64,000 nt of DNA from an uncultured cyanobacterium. Its GTDB lineage: Bacteria; Cyanobacteriota; Cyanobacteriia; Pseudanabaenales; Pseudanabaenaceae. Shown one piece after another: positions 1 through 10,840 of the stretch (position 1 is its first letter; the number at the start of each line of letters is the position of its first letter). The translations under genes and the position numbers were made by a program. The notes under the pieces were generated by a model that was given only the letters and a program-made list of their open reading frames with translations, was not told the DNA's origin and ran no database searches. Location: the NCBI GenBank assembly GCA_963703315.1, contig OY969811.1, positions 3,712,001 through 3,776,000 of the forward strand. The letters are read 5' to 3'.

Positions 1-22
1 AGTTTTCTGGAGATAACCTCTC

Positions 23-1414
23 GTGACGACGACCATTAACTTAAACTCGCTAGGAGTGGGCGGGCGTACACAGGATTCATCGGGCTTTGCTTGGTGGTCT
101 GGCAACGCACGACTCATTAACCTTTCTGGCAAACTGCTGGGCGCTCACGTTGCTCACGCTGGATTGATCGTATTCTGGGCTGGTGCAATGACTTTGTTTG
201 AAGTTGCACACTTTGTTCCTGAAAAGCCTCTCTATGAGCAAGGTTTTATCTTGCTACCTCACCTTGCTACTCAAGGTTGGGGTGTGGGTGCTGGTGGCGA
301 AATTGTTGATATATTTCCCTACTTTGTAGTTGGTGTTTTACACCTGATTTCCTCCGCAGTACTTGGCTTTGGTGGTATCTACCATGCTTTGCGCGGACCT
401 GAAGTACTTGAGAACTATTCTTCTTTCTTTGGCTACGACTGGAAAGATAAGAACCAAATGACCAATATCATTGGGTATCACCTAATTGTTTTGGGATTTG
501 GGGCGCTTCTGCTTGTATTTAAAGCGATGTTCTTTGGTGGACTCTACGACACTTGGGCTCCTGGTGGTGGTGACGTACGGGTAATTACCAACCCAACCAT
601 TAACCCTGTAATCATCTTCGGTTATCTCCTTAACTCACCCTTTGGTGGCGAAGGCAACATTGTTGGTGTTGATAACCTTGAAGATGTTGTTGGTGGTCAT
701 ATCTGGATTGGCTTGATCTGCATCACTGGTGGTATTTGGCATATTGTCACTAAGCCTTTCGGTTGGGCGCGTCGTGCCTTGGTTTGGTCTGGTGAAGCAT
801 ATCTTTCCTACAGCCTTGGCGCATTGAGCTTGATGGCATTTATCGCTACTTGCTTTGTATGGTTTAACAACACTGTTTATCCTAGTGAGTTCTTTGGTCC
901 TACTGGTGCTGAAGCTTCTCAGTCTCAAGCATTTACTTACCTTGTACGTGACCAAAAGTTAGGTGCAAACATCGCAACTTCTCAAGGTCCTACTGGTCTT
1001 GGTAAATACCTGATGCGTTCTCCTTCGGGCGAAATCATCTTCGGTGGTGAAACCATGCGTTTCTGGGACTTCCGTGGTCCTTGGTTAGAGCCTCTGCGTG
1101 GTCCTAGCGGTTTGGATATTGACAAACTCAAGAATGATGTTCAGCCTTGGCAAGTACGTCGTGCTGCTGAGTACATGACCCATGCTCCTTTGGGTTCCTT
1201 GAACTCAGTTGGTGGTGTTATCACTGAAATTAACGCAGTTAACTTCGTATCTCCTCGTTCTTGGTTGTCTACTTCTCACTTCGTATTGTCCTTCATGTTC
1301 CTAGTTGGTCACCTATGGCACGCTGGTCGCGCTCGCGCGGCTGTTGCTGGCTTTGAAAAAGGTATTGACCGTAAGACTGAAGCTGTACTGTCTATGCCTG
1401 AGCTTGATAAATAG
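23..1414 (+). CDS. psbC: Photosystem II CP43 reaction-centre protein
   Basis: [27 protein letters not shown] start region; full lumenal loop E ([21 protein letters not shown]), which IsiA lacks; GTG start with GGAG RBS at 9-12. Confidence 0.97.
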   Translation: MTTTINLNSLGVGGRTQDSSGFAWWSGNARLINLSGKLLGAHVAHAGLIVFWAGAMTLFEVAHFVPEKPLYEQGFILLPHLATQGWGVGAGGEIVDIFPYFVVGVLHLISSAVLGFGGIYHALRGPEVLENYSSFFGYDWKDKNQMTNIIGYHLIVLGFGALLLVFKAMFFGGLYDTWAPGGGDVRVITNPTINPVIIFGYLLNSPFGGEGNIVGVDNLEDVVGGHIWIGLICITGGIWHIVTKPFGWARRALVWSGEAYLSYSLGALSLMAFIATCFVWFNNTVYPSEFFGPTGAEASQSQAFTYLVRDQKLGANIATSQGPTGLGKYLMRSPSGEIIFGGETMRFWDFRGPWLEPLRGPSGLDIDKLKNDVQPWQVRRAAEYMTHAPLGSLNSVGGVITEINAVNFVSPRSWLSTSHFVLSFMFLVGHLWHAGRARAAVAGFEKGIDRKTEAVLSMPELDK

Positions 1415-1429
1415 TCTCAAGTAAAGTTT

Positions 1430-1466
1430 CAATAAAAAAGGGGTGTCAGACACCCCTTTTTTATTG
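1430..1466 (+). terminator. Hairpin terminator after psbC
   Basis: CAATAAAAAAGGGGTGTC-A-GACACCCCTTTTTTATTG perfect inverted repeat with A/T tracts. Confidence 0.75.
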
Positions 1467-1479
1467 CTAAAAACAAAAA

Positions 1480-1571
1480 TACAGCCTATTAAGGCTTTAA
1501 GATAAACTTTTGAAAGCGCCGCTTTGCGGCGCTTTCAAAAGTTTATCTGTTTTTTAGCGCAAAGCGCTGTA
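1480..1571. mobile_element. MITE-like palindromic element, TACAGC...GCTGTA family
   Basis: Ends TACAGC/GCTGTA; central hairpin AGATAAACTTTTGAAAGCGCCGC-TTT-GCGGCGCTTTCAAAAGTTTATCT; related copy at 3142-3219 and end motif at 9771-9781. Confidence 0.6.
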
Positions 1572-1572
1572 A

Positions 1573-1872
1573 CTAGTTACTACCCGTAAATATGACATCA
1601 GGGAATTTGCCTTGGGCTTCTGTCATCGGACGATTTTTGCCCTCTTGCTGCCAGTAATTAATTACTTCGGTTGCCTTATTTAAAATTTCAATCCGATCTT
1701 GATCGGCAATCCAAGGCTTGCTTTCCATTTCTGATTTAAGTTGATCCCAAGCATCATCACGGGGCCAAAAGAAATACTTGGTGAGAGGGCTGAAACCTTT
1801 GCCAACGACTTGATCGACGGCAAGAGCTACGTTATTCTCTAACCATAAGATTTTTAGAATAAACTGGGACAA
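1573..1872 (-). CDS. ycf65: 30S ribosomal protein PSRP-3/Ycf65
   Basis: [18 protein letters not shown]...[15 protein letters not shown] motif; TTG start with GGAGG RBS. Confidence 0.93.
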   Translation of the reverse strand: MSQFILKILWLENNVALAVDQVVGKGFSPLTKYFFWPRDDAWDQLKSEMESKPWIADQDRIEILNKATEVINYWQQEGKNRPMTEAQGKFPDVIFTGSN

Positions 1873-1932
1873 TGCTACCTACCTCCAAGAAAAGTTAAAT
1901 TACATATTAAAGTAGCGATCTTCCAATATAAC

Positions 1933-2736
1933 ATGATTGAAACCTCTAAAGTTGGCTCCAAATTACTAAGCACAAGTATTTTTGTATTTGATATCGATGG
2001 TGTAATTCGCGATGTGTCGGGTTCGTATCGTCGTGCGCTCGCAGATACGGTCGAGTATTTTACTAATTCCGCATATCGCCCCACCTCAGAAGAGATTGAT
2101 GAGTTGAAGTCTGAGGGGATTTGGAATAATGACTGGGAAGCCTCGCAGGAGTTAATTAAGAGGCATTTTGATAGTTTAGGCAAGACAACCAAGGTATCCT
2201 ACGAAGAAATTGTGGCTTTTTTTCAGAGCCGCTATCGAGGTGTTGAGCCTGACTGGTCAGATGGCTATATTGCGACGGAGCCTTTGATTGCGACAACTAC
2301 ATATTTTCAAGACTTAACAGCATCGGGAATTGGTTGGGGCTTTTTTAGTGGGGCGACACGAGCTTCTGCTAGCTATGTATTGAGTCGTTTAGCGATCGCT
2401 GATCCTATATTAATCGCCATGGAGGATGCCGCAGGTAAGCCTGATCCTACAGGGCTTTTGCTAGCCGTCAAGCAAATTGAGACGCAACAAAATCAGTCGG
2501 CGAATTTGGTTGTATATGTGGGTGATACGGTGGCGGATATGCTGACTGTAGTAAAAGCGAGAACCTATGACACTAATTACAAATATTTGGCAGTTGGTGT
2601 GATCCCTCCCCATGTATCGGAGGATTTGCGCGATCACTATGCAGCTTTGCTGAAGGACAATGGCGCAGATATTGTTTTAAATAGCGTATTAGAGTTAACG
2701 CCCCAGCTTAATCTATTGCAAGATTTGGTAAGTTAA
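1933..2736 (+). CDS. HAD-superfamily hydrolase (TIGR01548-like)
   Basis: FDIDGVIRDV motif I, WNNDWEAS, GKPDPTGL, YVGDTVADM. Confidence 0.9.
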   Translation: MIETSKVGSKLLSTSIFVFDIDGVIRDVSGSYRRALADTVEYFTNSAYRPTSEEIDELKSEGIWNNDWEASQELIKRHFDSLGKTTKVSYEEIVAFFQSRYRGVEPDWSDGYIATEPLIATTTYFQDLTASGIGWGFFSGATRASASYVLSRLAIADPILIAMEDAAGKPDPTGLLLAVKQIETQQNQSANLVVYVGDTVADMLTVVKARTYDTNYKYLAVGVIPPHVSEDLRDHYAALLKDNGADIVLNSVLELTPQLNLLQDLVS

Positions 2737-2795
2737 ATAAGCGTTAACATAGATCTGGCTTTACAAGCCACTATCTTGTTAAGTTAAAAAAATCT

Positions 2796-3137
2796 ATGTC
2801 AGATTCCCAACAGTATTATTTTGTCGCGGCTAGCCGTAAATATTTGTGTGAAGACGAAGGGAAACCTTTGGGTGAAACTTTATCCGAGCGTCGTCGTAAT
2901 TTCGAGGCGCGTAATTTAGAAGTTAACTTTTGGTTGATTGAAAATCCTGCTTTTTTGGAAGCCCCTGAATTAGCAAATATTAAAAAGCAAATTCCTCAAC
3001 CTGCGGCAGCGATTGTCACAACCGATCCGAATACTATGCGTTGGTTGAAGCTAAGACTGGAGTTTGTCGCGACGGGTGAGTTTACTGCGCCAAGTGCCTC
3101 AATTCCTGATCCTTTGGCATCATTGGCGATCGCCTAA
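2796..3137 (+). CDS. ycf54: Ycf54, MgPME cyclase accessory protein
   Basis: YYFVAASRKYL...L.ERRRN...FWLIENPAFLE...WLKLRLEFV..GEF. Confidence 0.9.
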   Translation: MSDSQQYYFVAASRKYLCEDEGKPLGETLSERRRNFEARNLEVNFWLIENPAFLEAPELANIKKQIPQPAAAIVTTDPNTMRWLKLRLEFVATGEFTAPSASIPDPLASLAIA

Positions 3138-3141
3138 TTGA

Positions 3142-3219
3142 TACAGCGCTTTGTGCTAAATGAAAAACCAAAGAAATTTTTGAAAGCGCTACGAAGTGGC
3201 GCTTTCAAAAATTTCTTTG
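3142..3219. mobile_element. Partial MITE-like element, TACAGCGCTTTG family
   Basis: TACAGCGCTTTGTGCTAAA end plus hairpin AAAGAAATTTTTGAAAGCGC...GCGCTTTCAAAAATTTCTTT; reverse-complement match to 1500-1571. Confidence 0.55.
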
Positions 3220-3261
3220 TAGATAACTGCAATTTGCCGATCGCTAAACATCACAAAAACT

Positions 3262-4164
3262 GTGTCTAGTTATTTTCGCAATCTTCCTTCAACTGGTTTG
3301 CATACTCAATATGGGTATGCAAATTTTGGCTTTAAGGCGATATCAAGTGCTAGTCGTAAATATAGCGATCGCAATTTATATAATTTGACGAATGTAGTTG
3401 AGTCAAAAACTTTAAAGCAAGAGCAACCTGATTGTCGGTTTCACCTGATCCAAAAATTTTCAGTGCAGAAGGCAGGCAATGAGATCGCGGAATGTGAAGA
3501 TATTTGGGAGCAATCAGAGCAAGATCTGCGGATCTTGATTGCTTTGTCTGATGGGGCAACCGAATCTTCATTTTCGCGGGAATGGGCTAAGGAGCTAGTG
3601 ACAGGCTTTGTCTATGGCAATTCAAATCAATCTTCAGATTATGCAAATCACCATTGGCTGTTACCACTGCAAGCAAATTGGAAGCAATGGCTAGCAAATC
3701 AAAACTTATCTTGGTTTGCAAAACGTAAGGCAGGGGAAGGGGCTTTTGCCACTTTTTTAAGTCTAGAAGTTTTGCCTGATCTAAGTTGGAAATCGCTGGC
3801 AGTCGGTGACTCATGTTTATTCGTCGTGCGCGATCGCTGCTTACAAACTAGTTTTCCTTTACAAAATAGTGATCAATTTAATCATCGTCCGAGACTGATT
3901 GGCACTAATGTACAGGCGCAAAATATTCATATTTCCCGAATGTATGGAGAGGCAAAACTCGGCGATCGCTTTTACCTGACTACGGATGCGATCGCCTGTT
4001 GGGTGTTTCAGCAACTAGAAGCAAATCAAGAGCCTTGGCTAAAATTAGAGCAGCTTAGTTCACAGGATTTGTTTGTAAAATGGGTGAGCGAATTACGCGA
4101 TCGGCGTGAGATTGCTAATGACGATACAACCTTGCTATGTCTAGAAATTCGCTGTGAATCATGA
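3262..4164 (+). CDS. PP2C-family protein phosphatase (start uncertain, possibly TTG at 3385)
   Basis: ECED, ALSDGATES, AVGDSCLF, LTTDA and NDDTT metal-binding motifs; ATGA overlap with the downstream kinase. Confidence 0.85.
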   Translation: MSSYFRNLPSTGLHTQYGYANFGFKAISSASRKYSDRNLYNLTNVVESKTLKQEQPDCRFHLIQKFSVQKAGNEIAECEDIWEQSEQDLRILIALSDGATESSFSREWAKELVTGFVYGNSNQSSDYANHHWLLPLQANWKQWLANQNLSWFAKRKAGEGAFATFLSLEVLPDLSWKSLAVGDSCLFVVRDRCLQTSFPLQNSDQFNHRPRLIGTNVQAQNIHISRMYGEAKLGDRFYLTTDAIACWVFQQLEANQEPWLKLEQLSSQDLFVKWVSELRDRREIANDDTTLLCLEIRCES

Positions 4165-6083
4165 CCATTCAGACTTGGCCTTTAAATATTGATTTCACGA
4201 TCGCGGTGCAAAATCCCCAGCTTTGCTTTGCTGATCCTGATCTCAAACAAGCGAACGCTTCTAAAAATTCACGGGGCAGAGTTTTATTATGGTCGGGCAA
4301 TTTTGCCACTGTTTATAAGCTCACTAAGGGCGATCGCTCTTGGGCAGTGCGTTGCTTTACACGCACACCGCAATCAGATGTACAGCAACGCTATCGATTA
4401 ATCAGTGAATATCTGAGTCAGTATCCAATTGCTTATTTAGTGGATTTTGAATTTCTGACCCAAGGAATTTTAGTGAAAGGTGACTGGTATCCAGTTCTAA
4501 AGATGGATTGGATCGAAGGAGTTGAGCTAGATCGTTATATTGGTGAATATATTGATGACTCTCAAGTATTGTTGCGCCTAGAGCGACAATTGAAACAACT
4601 TCAGAAAGACTTGCAACAGATTGGTATTGCTCATGGGGATTTGCAGCATGGAAATATCATGGTGGACGATCAGGGCGAATTGAAGCTCGTTGACTACGAT
4701 GGTATGTATGTTCCTGCTTTGCGGGGAACGCCACCACTTGAGGTGGGGCATCCTAACTACCAACCACCAAAGCGATCGCCTAATGATTTTAGCGATCGCC
4801 TTGATGAATTCTCTTTTGAAGTAATTTCCCTATCACTACGGGCTTTGGCAACGGAGCCGAATCTCTGGGCAACCTTTCACGAAGACAACAAAAACTTAAT
4901 TTTCCGTCAAAATGATTTTCAAGAGCCTGAGCGATCTCCTGTATTTCAGGCGATCGCCAATATTCCTGACGATGAAACCCGTGAGTTATGCGATCGCTTA
5001 GTACGTCGATGTCAGGGTAAAGATGCTCAGCAACTGGAGTCAAAATCCCCGAAACTAGAATTTTCAATTAAACCATATCTGCCATTTTTAACGATCGCTA
5101 TATTTGCATTAGTTATTGTTGGTGTTTGGGGATTTTTAAAACAAAATCAATCACCATCAATTAGCCAATCTCCTCAAGCATTACCAACAGATAGCCCTCC
5201 CTCTCCTCTACCAATTAATACCAATAATCCCACTGTTTCCCTAACTCCAAAATTAACGCCGATTACAGGATCTAGCTTAATTACTAAGTATGCCGATGGA
5301 CAACGAGACTTTAGTAACGTAAAGCTTATAGGCTCTCAAGGTGAACAATTGCAGGGAAAAGACTTTAGCAATATTAATCTCAGTGGTTCAAGTTTAGAGC
5401 GTGTAGATTTACGTCAAGTCATCTTTAAAAATGCTAACTTGAATGGCATTAAAATTACTAAAGTAGATCTCAGGGGTGCAGATTTAAGTAATGCTAGTTT
5501 AATTGACGCAAACTTAGCCTTTTCTAATCTTACCGAAGCAAATTTATCGCAAGCAAATTTATTGCGAGCTAATTTATCGCAGTCAAAATTAGGCTCAGCA
5601 ATTTTGCAAAGAACAGAGCTAATGCGTGTCAATCTCAGTGAAGCAGATCTCAGTTCGGCAAATCTCAATGGTGCTAATTTAGTACTAGCCAATCTTCGCA
5701 AAACTAATCTTGCTCAAGCTAATCTGCGTGAAAGTAACTTAGCCGCCGCTAACCTCAGTGACGCGATCTTAGATGGAGCTGATTTATCTGTATCTGACTT
5801 GCGATCGGCTGAGTTACATTTGACTAATCTCTCCAATGCCAACCTGAGCTATGCCAATTTAACATCGGCAAAATTAGTTTTGATTGAGTTTGCCAGCACA
5901 AATCTAAGCGGTGCTAATTTTCGTAATGCGATCGTCGAAAACATTGGTAGCATCGAATCTGCCAACTTTACAAACAGCTTAAATCTTGCCCCTAATACCC
6001 GCAAATATTTCTGTTCTCTAGCCTCTGGTAACGTTGCAGAAACTGGTAATTCCACAAGATCAACCCTTAATTGTTCTCCATAA
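4161..6083 (+). CDS. Ser/Thr kinase-like protein with one TM helix and C-terminal pentapeptide repeats
   Basis: SGNFATVYK, AVRCF, HGDLQHGN, LVDYDG, GHPNYQ; hydrophobic helix LPFLTIAIFALVIVGVWGFL; Pro/Ser linker; A(N/D)LxX repeats. Confidence 0.88.
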   Translation: MTIQTWPLNIDFTIAVQNPQLCFADPDLKQANASKNSRGRVLLWSGNFATVYKLTKGDRSWAVRCFTRTPQSDVQQRYRLISEYLSQYPIAYLVDFEFLTQGILVKGDWYPVLKMDWIEGVELDRYIGEYIDDSQVLLRLERQLKQLQKDLQQIGIAHGDLQHGNIMVDDQGELKLVDYDGMYVPALRGTPPLEVGHPNYQPPKRSPNDFSDRLDEFSFEVISLSLRALATEPNLWATFHEDNKNLIFRQNDFQEPERSPVFQAIANIPDDETRELCDRLVRRCQGKDAQQLESKSPKLEFSIKPYLPFLTIAIFALVIVGVWGFLKQNQSPSISQSPQALPTDSPPSPLPINTNNPTVSLTPKLTPITGSSLITKYADGQRDFSNVKLIGSQGEQLQGKDFSNINLSGSSLERVDLRQVIFKNANLNGIKITKVDLRGADLSNASLIDANLAFSNLTEANLSQANLLRANLSQSKLGSAILQRTELMRVNLSEADLSSANLNGANLVLANLRKTNLAQANLRESNLAAANLSDAILDGADLSVSDLRSAELHLTNLSNANLSYANLTSAKLVLIEFASTNLSGANFRNAIVENIGSIESANFTNSLNLAPNTRKYFCSLASGNVAETGNSTRSTLNCSP

Positions 6084-6117
6084 AAAAGATTGCATAGCAA
6101 TCTTTTTATTTGTTTTT

Positions 6118-6639
6118 TTACTCACATTCTTGGAACTCTAATCGATATTTTACAGTTCCGCTACAACCAGCCAATGTATTATTTTCTAGCTCTAAAACCA
6201 TAAACACATCATCTGGTACAAGGTACTCACACTTTAAGCCATACTCTTTTGCTGTCACAAATCCAAAACGTGAATAGTAAGCGGGATAGCCCAACACAAC
6301 CACAGCTTGACAACCTAACTGCCGACATTGCTCTAAACCATATTTGATCAGTAGTGAGCCAATACCCTGACGTTGGTACTGAGGTAATACCGCTAATGGC
6401 GCTAATCCCAGCATGACTAATCCTTCAGGACATTTTCCATCGATCGCTACAGGACTAAAGAAAATATGCCCCACAATTTGGTCAGAGGCTTGGTCAGAGG
6501 CGATCGCCACAAAGGTCAGCGTATTAGCCACGCCTCGCAACCGATCAACTAAGTCAGCCTCATTTTCGCGCCCAAAGGCTGCCACATTGACGGCATGAAT
6601 TGCACTTACATCTTCAGGTTGCTCGGCTCGAATTTGCAT
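6118..6639 (-). CDS. GNAT acetyltransferase (YhbS-like)
   Basis: GHIFFSPV, LAPLAVLPQYQRQGIGSLL, VVVLGYPAYYSRFGF. Confidence 0.9.
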   Translation of the reverse strand: MQIRAEQPEDVSAIHAVNVAAFGRENEADLVDRLRGVANTLTFVAIASDQASDQIVGHIFFSPVAIDGKCPEGLVMLGLAPLAVLPQYQRQGIGSLLIKYGLEQCRQLGCQAVVVLGYPAYYSRFGFVTAKEYGLKCEYLVPDDVFMVLELENNTLAGCSGTVKYRLEFQECE

Positions 6640-6680
6640 AGACTTAGACTATTCACAGAACCATGCGTTAGATAATAGGC

Positions 6681-6848
6681 TACAGCGATCGCCAAATAAA
6701 ACCAAAACTAAAAATGGCTACGCCATTTTTAGTTTTGAAAACCCTTACTGGATTTGGGTTTTAATTCACAAAAGTGTTGTCACACTTTCGTGAATTGGTA
6801 TAAAACCCCAAAGTATAGTTGCGGAGCAGAGAGTCGCAACTATACTTT
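6681..6848. mobile_element. Nested MITE-like repeats (ACCAAA...ATTGGTAT element inside a TA(C/T)AGC-family remnant)
   Basis: Three hairpins; inner ends match 26189-26327; outer end TACAGCGATCGCCAAATA matches the reverse complement of 42847-42864. Confidence 0.5.
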
Positions 6849-6956
6849 AAATAGTAGAATTATTCTGATTGGCAAAAATCGTCAAAACGAACCTTAAAAC
6901 GTTAACTCTTACCAATTAACTGCTAGTCTAAAAAGCGCGAAAAGAGTATTACTGCA

Positions 6957-7721
6957 ATGATTGAAGAAGAAAATACACTAAGTTCTGACGACCTCATCGA
7001 TGAAGATGATGATGTACTAGAGTCAAGACTGCAACAACTTGCAGCCGAAGAACTACATCAAACCGCCCAACCAGAAGAAGTAAAAGATGGTACTCAGCCA
7101 TCAGCAACTACAGCTAGCGAACCTACAACTGAAGTTAGCAAAGCAAGTGCTGCTGCTGCCGCCACCCTTGAAAAAATTAATGCTTTAATCGCGGAGTCCA
7201 CCTCTCTAAGAGAGCAGTTAGACGATCGCAAGCAACAATACTTACGCCTATATGCCGATTTCGAGAATTTTCGCAAACGCACAGAGCGTGATAAAGAGGA
7301 GCAAGAAGGCACAATTACATCCAAGATTCTCAAAAAAATCTTGCCAGTAGTCGATGACTTTGAGCGGGCGCAATTACAAATTTCACCGAAAACAGATGGT
7401 GAAGCTCTAATTCATAAAAGTTATCAGTCGGTGTATAAGCAATTGCTGAAATGCCTCAAAGAGACTGGGGTAGCAAGGATGGAATGTGTCGGACAAGAAT
7501 TTGATCCGAATTTCCATGAAGCAATTATGCAAGAACCTTCTACAGAATATGACGAAGGCATAATTACTGAAGAGTTACGCCCAGGCTATCTAGTTAGCGA
7601 CGATCGCGTATTACGTCATTCACTAGTCAAAGTATCTTCAGGTAAAATTGATGGTGATAATAGTGGCTCTTCTGATGTTGCATCAGAAGATTCGACTGAC
7701 AATAGCTCCAATGAATCCTAA
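6957..7721 (+). CDS. grpE: Nucleotide exchange factor GrpE
   Basis: YLRLYADFENFRKRT, LPVVDDFERA, FDPNFHEA, VLRHSLVKVS. Confidence 0.96.
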   Translation: MIEEENTLSSDDLIDEDDDVLESRLQQLAAEELHQTAQPEEVKDGTQPSATTASEPTTEVSKASAAAAATLEKINALIAESTSLREQLDDRKQQYLRLYADFENFRKRTERDKEEQEGTITSKILKKILPVVDDFERAQLQISPKTDGEALIHKSYQSVYKQLLKCLKETGVARMECVGQEFDPNFHEAIMQEPSTEYDEGIITEELRPGYLVSDDRVLRHSLVKVSSGKIDGDNSGSSDVASEDSTDNSSNES

Positions 7722-7846
7722 GCGTAATTATTGCTAAATGTTTCAAGATGCGATCAAGATTGCATCTTGAAATGCAATCTTAGGGTACATTATTCAGAAA
7801 TTCACCAAGCTAAACTTTTAAAAAGCTTTTAACGGAACTGGCGATT

Positions 7847-9706
7847 ATGTCGAAAGTAATTGGGATCGACCTTGGTACGACAAACAGTTGTGTTTCGGTA
7901 TTAGAGGGTGGCAAACCTGTTGTCATTTCTAGTGCAGAAGGAGGGCGAACCACTCCAAGTATTGTCGCGTTTGTCAAAGACAGCAACGAGCGAATTGTTG
8001 GGCAGGTTGCCAAGCGTCAATCCGTCACCAATTCAGTTAATACGATTTATAGTATTAAGCGTTTTATTGGACGTAGTTGGAGTGAAACTGAGTCGGAGCG
8101 TAGTCGCGTTCCTTACACTGCGGTCAAAGGCAAAGATGAAACCGTCGATGTACAGATTGCTGATAAAACCTACACGCCCCAAGAAATTTCGGCGATGATC
8201 TTGCAAAAGCTGAGACAAGATGCCGAAAACTATCTGGGCGAAGAAGTCACTCAAGCTGTCATCACCGTACCCGCCTATTTCACCGATACTCAGCGCCAAG
8301 CGACAAAGGATGCAGGCGCGATTTCGGGCATGGAAGTGCTGCGAATAGTTAACGAGCCAACGGCGGCGGCACTAGCTTATGGACTAGATAAACAGGATCA
8401 AGATCAGATCGTTTTAGTATTTGACCTCGGCGGCGGTACTTTTGATGTGTCAGTACTGCAACTAGGCGATGGCATTTTTGAGGTTAAGGCGACTTCGGGT
8501 AATAATCACCTCGGTGGTGATGACTTTGATGCCGCGATCGTTGATTGGCTGCTTGCTGACTTTAAGCAAAAAGAAAATATCGACCTAACTACCGATAAAA
8601 CGGCAATCCAACGTCTCAAAGAAGCGGCGGAAAAAGCAAAAATAGAGCTTTCTAGCGCTCCTTCGACCTTAATTAGCTTGCCATTTATTGCCTCGAATGA
8701 AACAGGTCCAAAAACTATTGAGCTAGACTTCACTCGTTCCAAGTTTGATGAGATTACGGCGCACTTGGTGAAGGCAACTCTTGAACCTACGGCTCAAGCC
8801 TTAAAAGACGCAGGATTATTACCAAAAGAAATTAATCGGATTATTTTGGTGGGTGGTTCGACTCGGATTCCTTCAGTTCAAGATGCGATCTCTAAATTTT
8901 TTGATGGTAAAAAGCCAGATCAATCAGTTAATCCCGATGAAGCTGTAGCGATCGGTGCTGCCGTCCAAGCAGGGATTTTAGGGGGAGAAGTTAAGGATTT
9001 ATTGCTGTTAGACGTAATTCCTCTGTCGATTGGGCTAGAAACCCAAGGCGGCGTATTTACCAAAAACTTAGAACGCAATACCACCATCCCTACTAGCAAA
9101 TCGCAAATTTTCTCCACTGCCGTTGATAATCAATCCGCCGTAGAAATCCATGTCCTACAGGGCGAACGGGCAATGGCAAAGGATAACAAAAGCCTTGGTA
9201 AGTTTGAGCTAGAGGGCATCCGTCCCGCACCCAGAGGCATTCCTCAAATCGAAGTTTCCTTTGACATTGATGCTAACGGTATTCTGAAGGTTTCAGCGCG
9301 AGATATTGATACTGGAGTCGAGCAGAGCATTAGTATTACCAATACAGGCGGCTTGAGTCCTAGTGAAATTGAGAGAATGCGGATGGAGGCTGAAGTATAT
9401 TCCGAGGAAGATACTGCCCGTCGTGAATTGGCAAATATGCGTAACCAAGCATCTAACCTAATTCGTACTGTCGAAGAAATTCTCCGAGACAATGGACCGA
9501 CGGTAATTAGTCAGAGTATGCGCGAAGAGCCTCTCAAAAATATGGAAGCTCTTAAAAATTTATACGAATCAGAGGAGGCAACCTACGAAGATCTACAAAT
9601 TGCGATCAAGCCCCTCCAACAGTCATTGTTTGAATTGACTCAAGCGGTGGAGAAATACTCTCAAGTTGAGCGTGTTAAACAAAAGCCTAGTGATACTTTG
9701 GGATAG
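7847..9706 (+). CDS. dnaK: Molecular chaperone DnaK (Hsp70)
   Basis: [48 protein letters not shown]. Confidence 0.97.
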   Translation: MSKVIGIDLGTTNSCVSVLEGGKPVVISSAEGGRTTPSIVAFVKDSNERIVGQVAKRQSVTNSVNTIYSIKRFIGRSWSETESERSRVPYTAVKGKDETVDVQIADKTYTPQEISAMILQKLRQDAENYLGEEVTQAVITVPAYFTDTQRQATKDAGAISGMEVLRIVNEPTAAALAYGLDKQDQDQIVLVFDLGGGTFDVSVLQLGDGIFEVKATSGNNHLGGDDFDAAIVDWLLADFKQKENIDLTTDKTAIQRLKEAAEKAKIELSSAPSTLISLPFIASNETGPKTIELDFTRSKFDEITAHLVKATLEPTAQALKDAGLLPKEINRIILVGGSTRIPSVQDAISKFFDGKKPDQSVNPDEAVAIGAAVQAGILGGEVKDLLLLDVIPLSIGLETQGGVFTKNLERNTTIPTSKSQIFSTAVDNQSAVEIHVLQGERAMAKDNKSLGKFELEGIRPAPRGIPQIEVSFDIDANGILKVSARDIDTGVEQSISITNTGGLSPSEIERMRMEAEVYSEEDTARRELANMRNQASNLIRTVEEILRDNGPTVISQSMREEPLKNMEALKNLYESEEATYEDLQIAIKPLQQSLFELTQAVEKYSQVERVKQKPSDTLG

Positions 9707-9708
9707 TG

Positions 9709-9732
9709 AAAAGGAGCAAATCGCTCCTTTTT
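9709..9732 (+). terminator. Terminator after dnaK
   Basis: AAAAGGAGC-AAATC-GCTCCTTTTT. Confidence 0.6.
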
Positions 9733-9799
9733 GCATCTGGGTTTAAACGCGATACCTTTATCTGAAGTGCAAAGCGCTGTATGATTACAGAGTCATACT

Positions 9800-9815
9800 T
9801 GTATTTTTAGCTACA
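9800..9815 (+). promoter_or_regulatory. Candidate NtcA box upstream of accD
   Basis: TGTA-TTTTTAGC-TACA matches TGTA-N8-TACA; a TATGAT -10-like hexamer lies at 9780-9785. Confidence 0.3.
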
Positions 9816-9871
9816 GTTGTTGTCTGTCAACATTGACAACTGAAAGCTTATTCTGTAAACCGTGAGCCGCT

Positions 9872-10840
9872 ATGTCACTGTTTGATTGGTTTGCCGAAAA
9901 TCGCTCACGCGCTAGTGAAGCATATCGCCGCAAAACCCCTAATCTAAATCAAGAATCTCAAGAAAGGGAAATTCCTGATGGTCTATGGCACAAATGTTCT
10001 AGTTGTGGTGCTTTGACTTATGTCAAGGACTTAAAGACTAATTTGATGGTTTGCCCTGAATGCGGACATCATAATCAAGTAAATGCCTACGAGCGGATTG
10101 CTCAACTGATTGATGCAGGGACATGGCAAGAAATGGATGCAGATTTGACATCCTGCGATCCCTTGGGTTTTAAAGATCGTAAGCCCTACATCGATCGCAT
10201 CAAGGAATATAAACAAAAAACTGGCTTAAGTGATGGGGTGATCACTGGAACTGGCAAAATCGATGGTAGTGATGCTGCTCTGGCGGTGATGGATTTTCGG
10301 TTTATGGGTGGCAGTATGGGATCAGTAGTGGGTGAAAAAATTACCCGTATGCTGGAAACTGCTACTGCGAAACGTATTCCTGCATTAATCTTCTGTGCAT
10401 CAGGTGGAGCGCGGATGCAGGAAGGGATTTTGAGCTTAATGCAGATGGCAAAAACTTCCGCAGCTTTGGAGCGCCATCGTCAGGCTAATTTACTCTATAT
10501 TCCAGTTTTGACTAATCCCACAACGGGCGGTGTAACTGCTAGTTTTGCGATGCTTGGTGATCTGATTTTGGCTGAGCCTAAAGCTTTGATCGGTTTTACA
10601 GGTCGGCGCGTAATTGAGCAAACTCTCAAGCAAAAAATTCCTGAAGGTTTTCAGTCATCAGAATATTTGCTCGATCATGGTTTTGTGGATGCGGTTGTGC
10701 CACGTACCAAGCTGAAGCAAAATTTGTCGATGATCTTGAAAATGCATCAACCTGCGATCGCTGCTAATGCTCACCTGAATGGTGCTGCCAAATCAGTTGC
10801 CCCGATTTTGTCTGATACCACGCTAGCCTCTGAGGTGTAG
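9872..10840 (+). CDS. accD: Acetyl-CoA carboxylase carboxyltransferase beta subunit
   Basis: PDGLWHKC..C zinc finger, [33 protein letters not shown]. Confidence 0.97.
   Translation: MSLFDWFAENRSRASEAYRRKTPNLNQESQEREIPDGLWHKCSSCGALTYVKDLKTNLMVCPECGHHNQVNAYERIAQLIDAGTWQEMDADLTSCDPLGFKDRKPYIDRIKEYKQKTGLSDGVITGTGKIDGSDAALAVMDFRFMGGSMGSVVGEKITRMLETATAKRIPALIFCASGGARMQEGILSLMQMAKTSAALERHRQANLLYIPVLTNPTTGGVTASFAMLGDLILAEPKALIGFTGRRVIEQTLKQKIPEGFQSSEYLLDHGFVDAVVPRTKLKQNLSMILKMHQPAIAANAHLNGAAKSVAPILSDTTLASEV

Noticed and set aside
23..1414. IsiA/Pcb antenna protein
   Set aside because: The large loop E and 463-aa length identify true CP43
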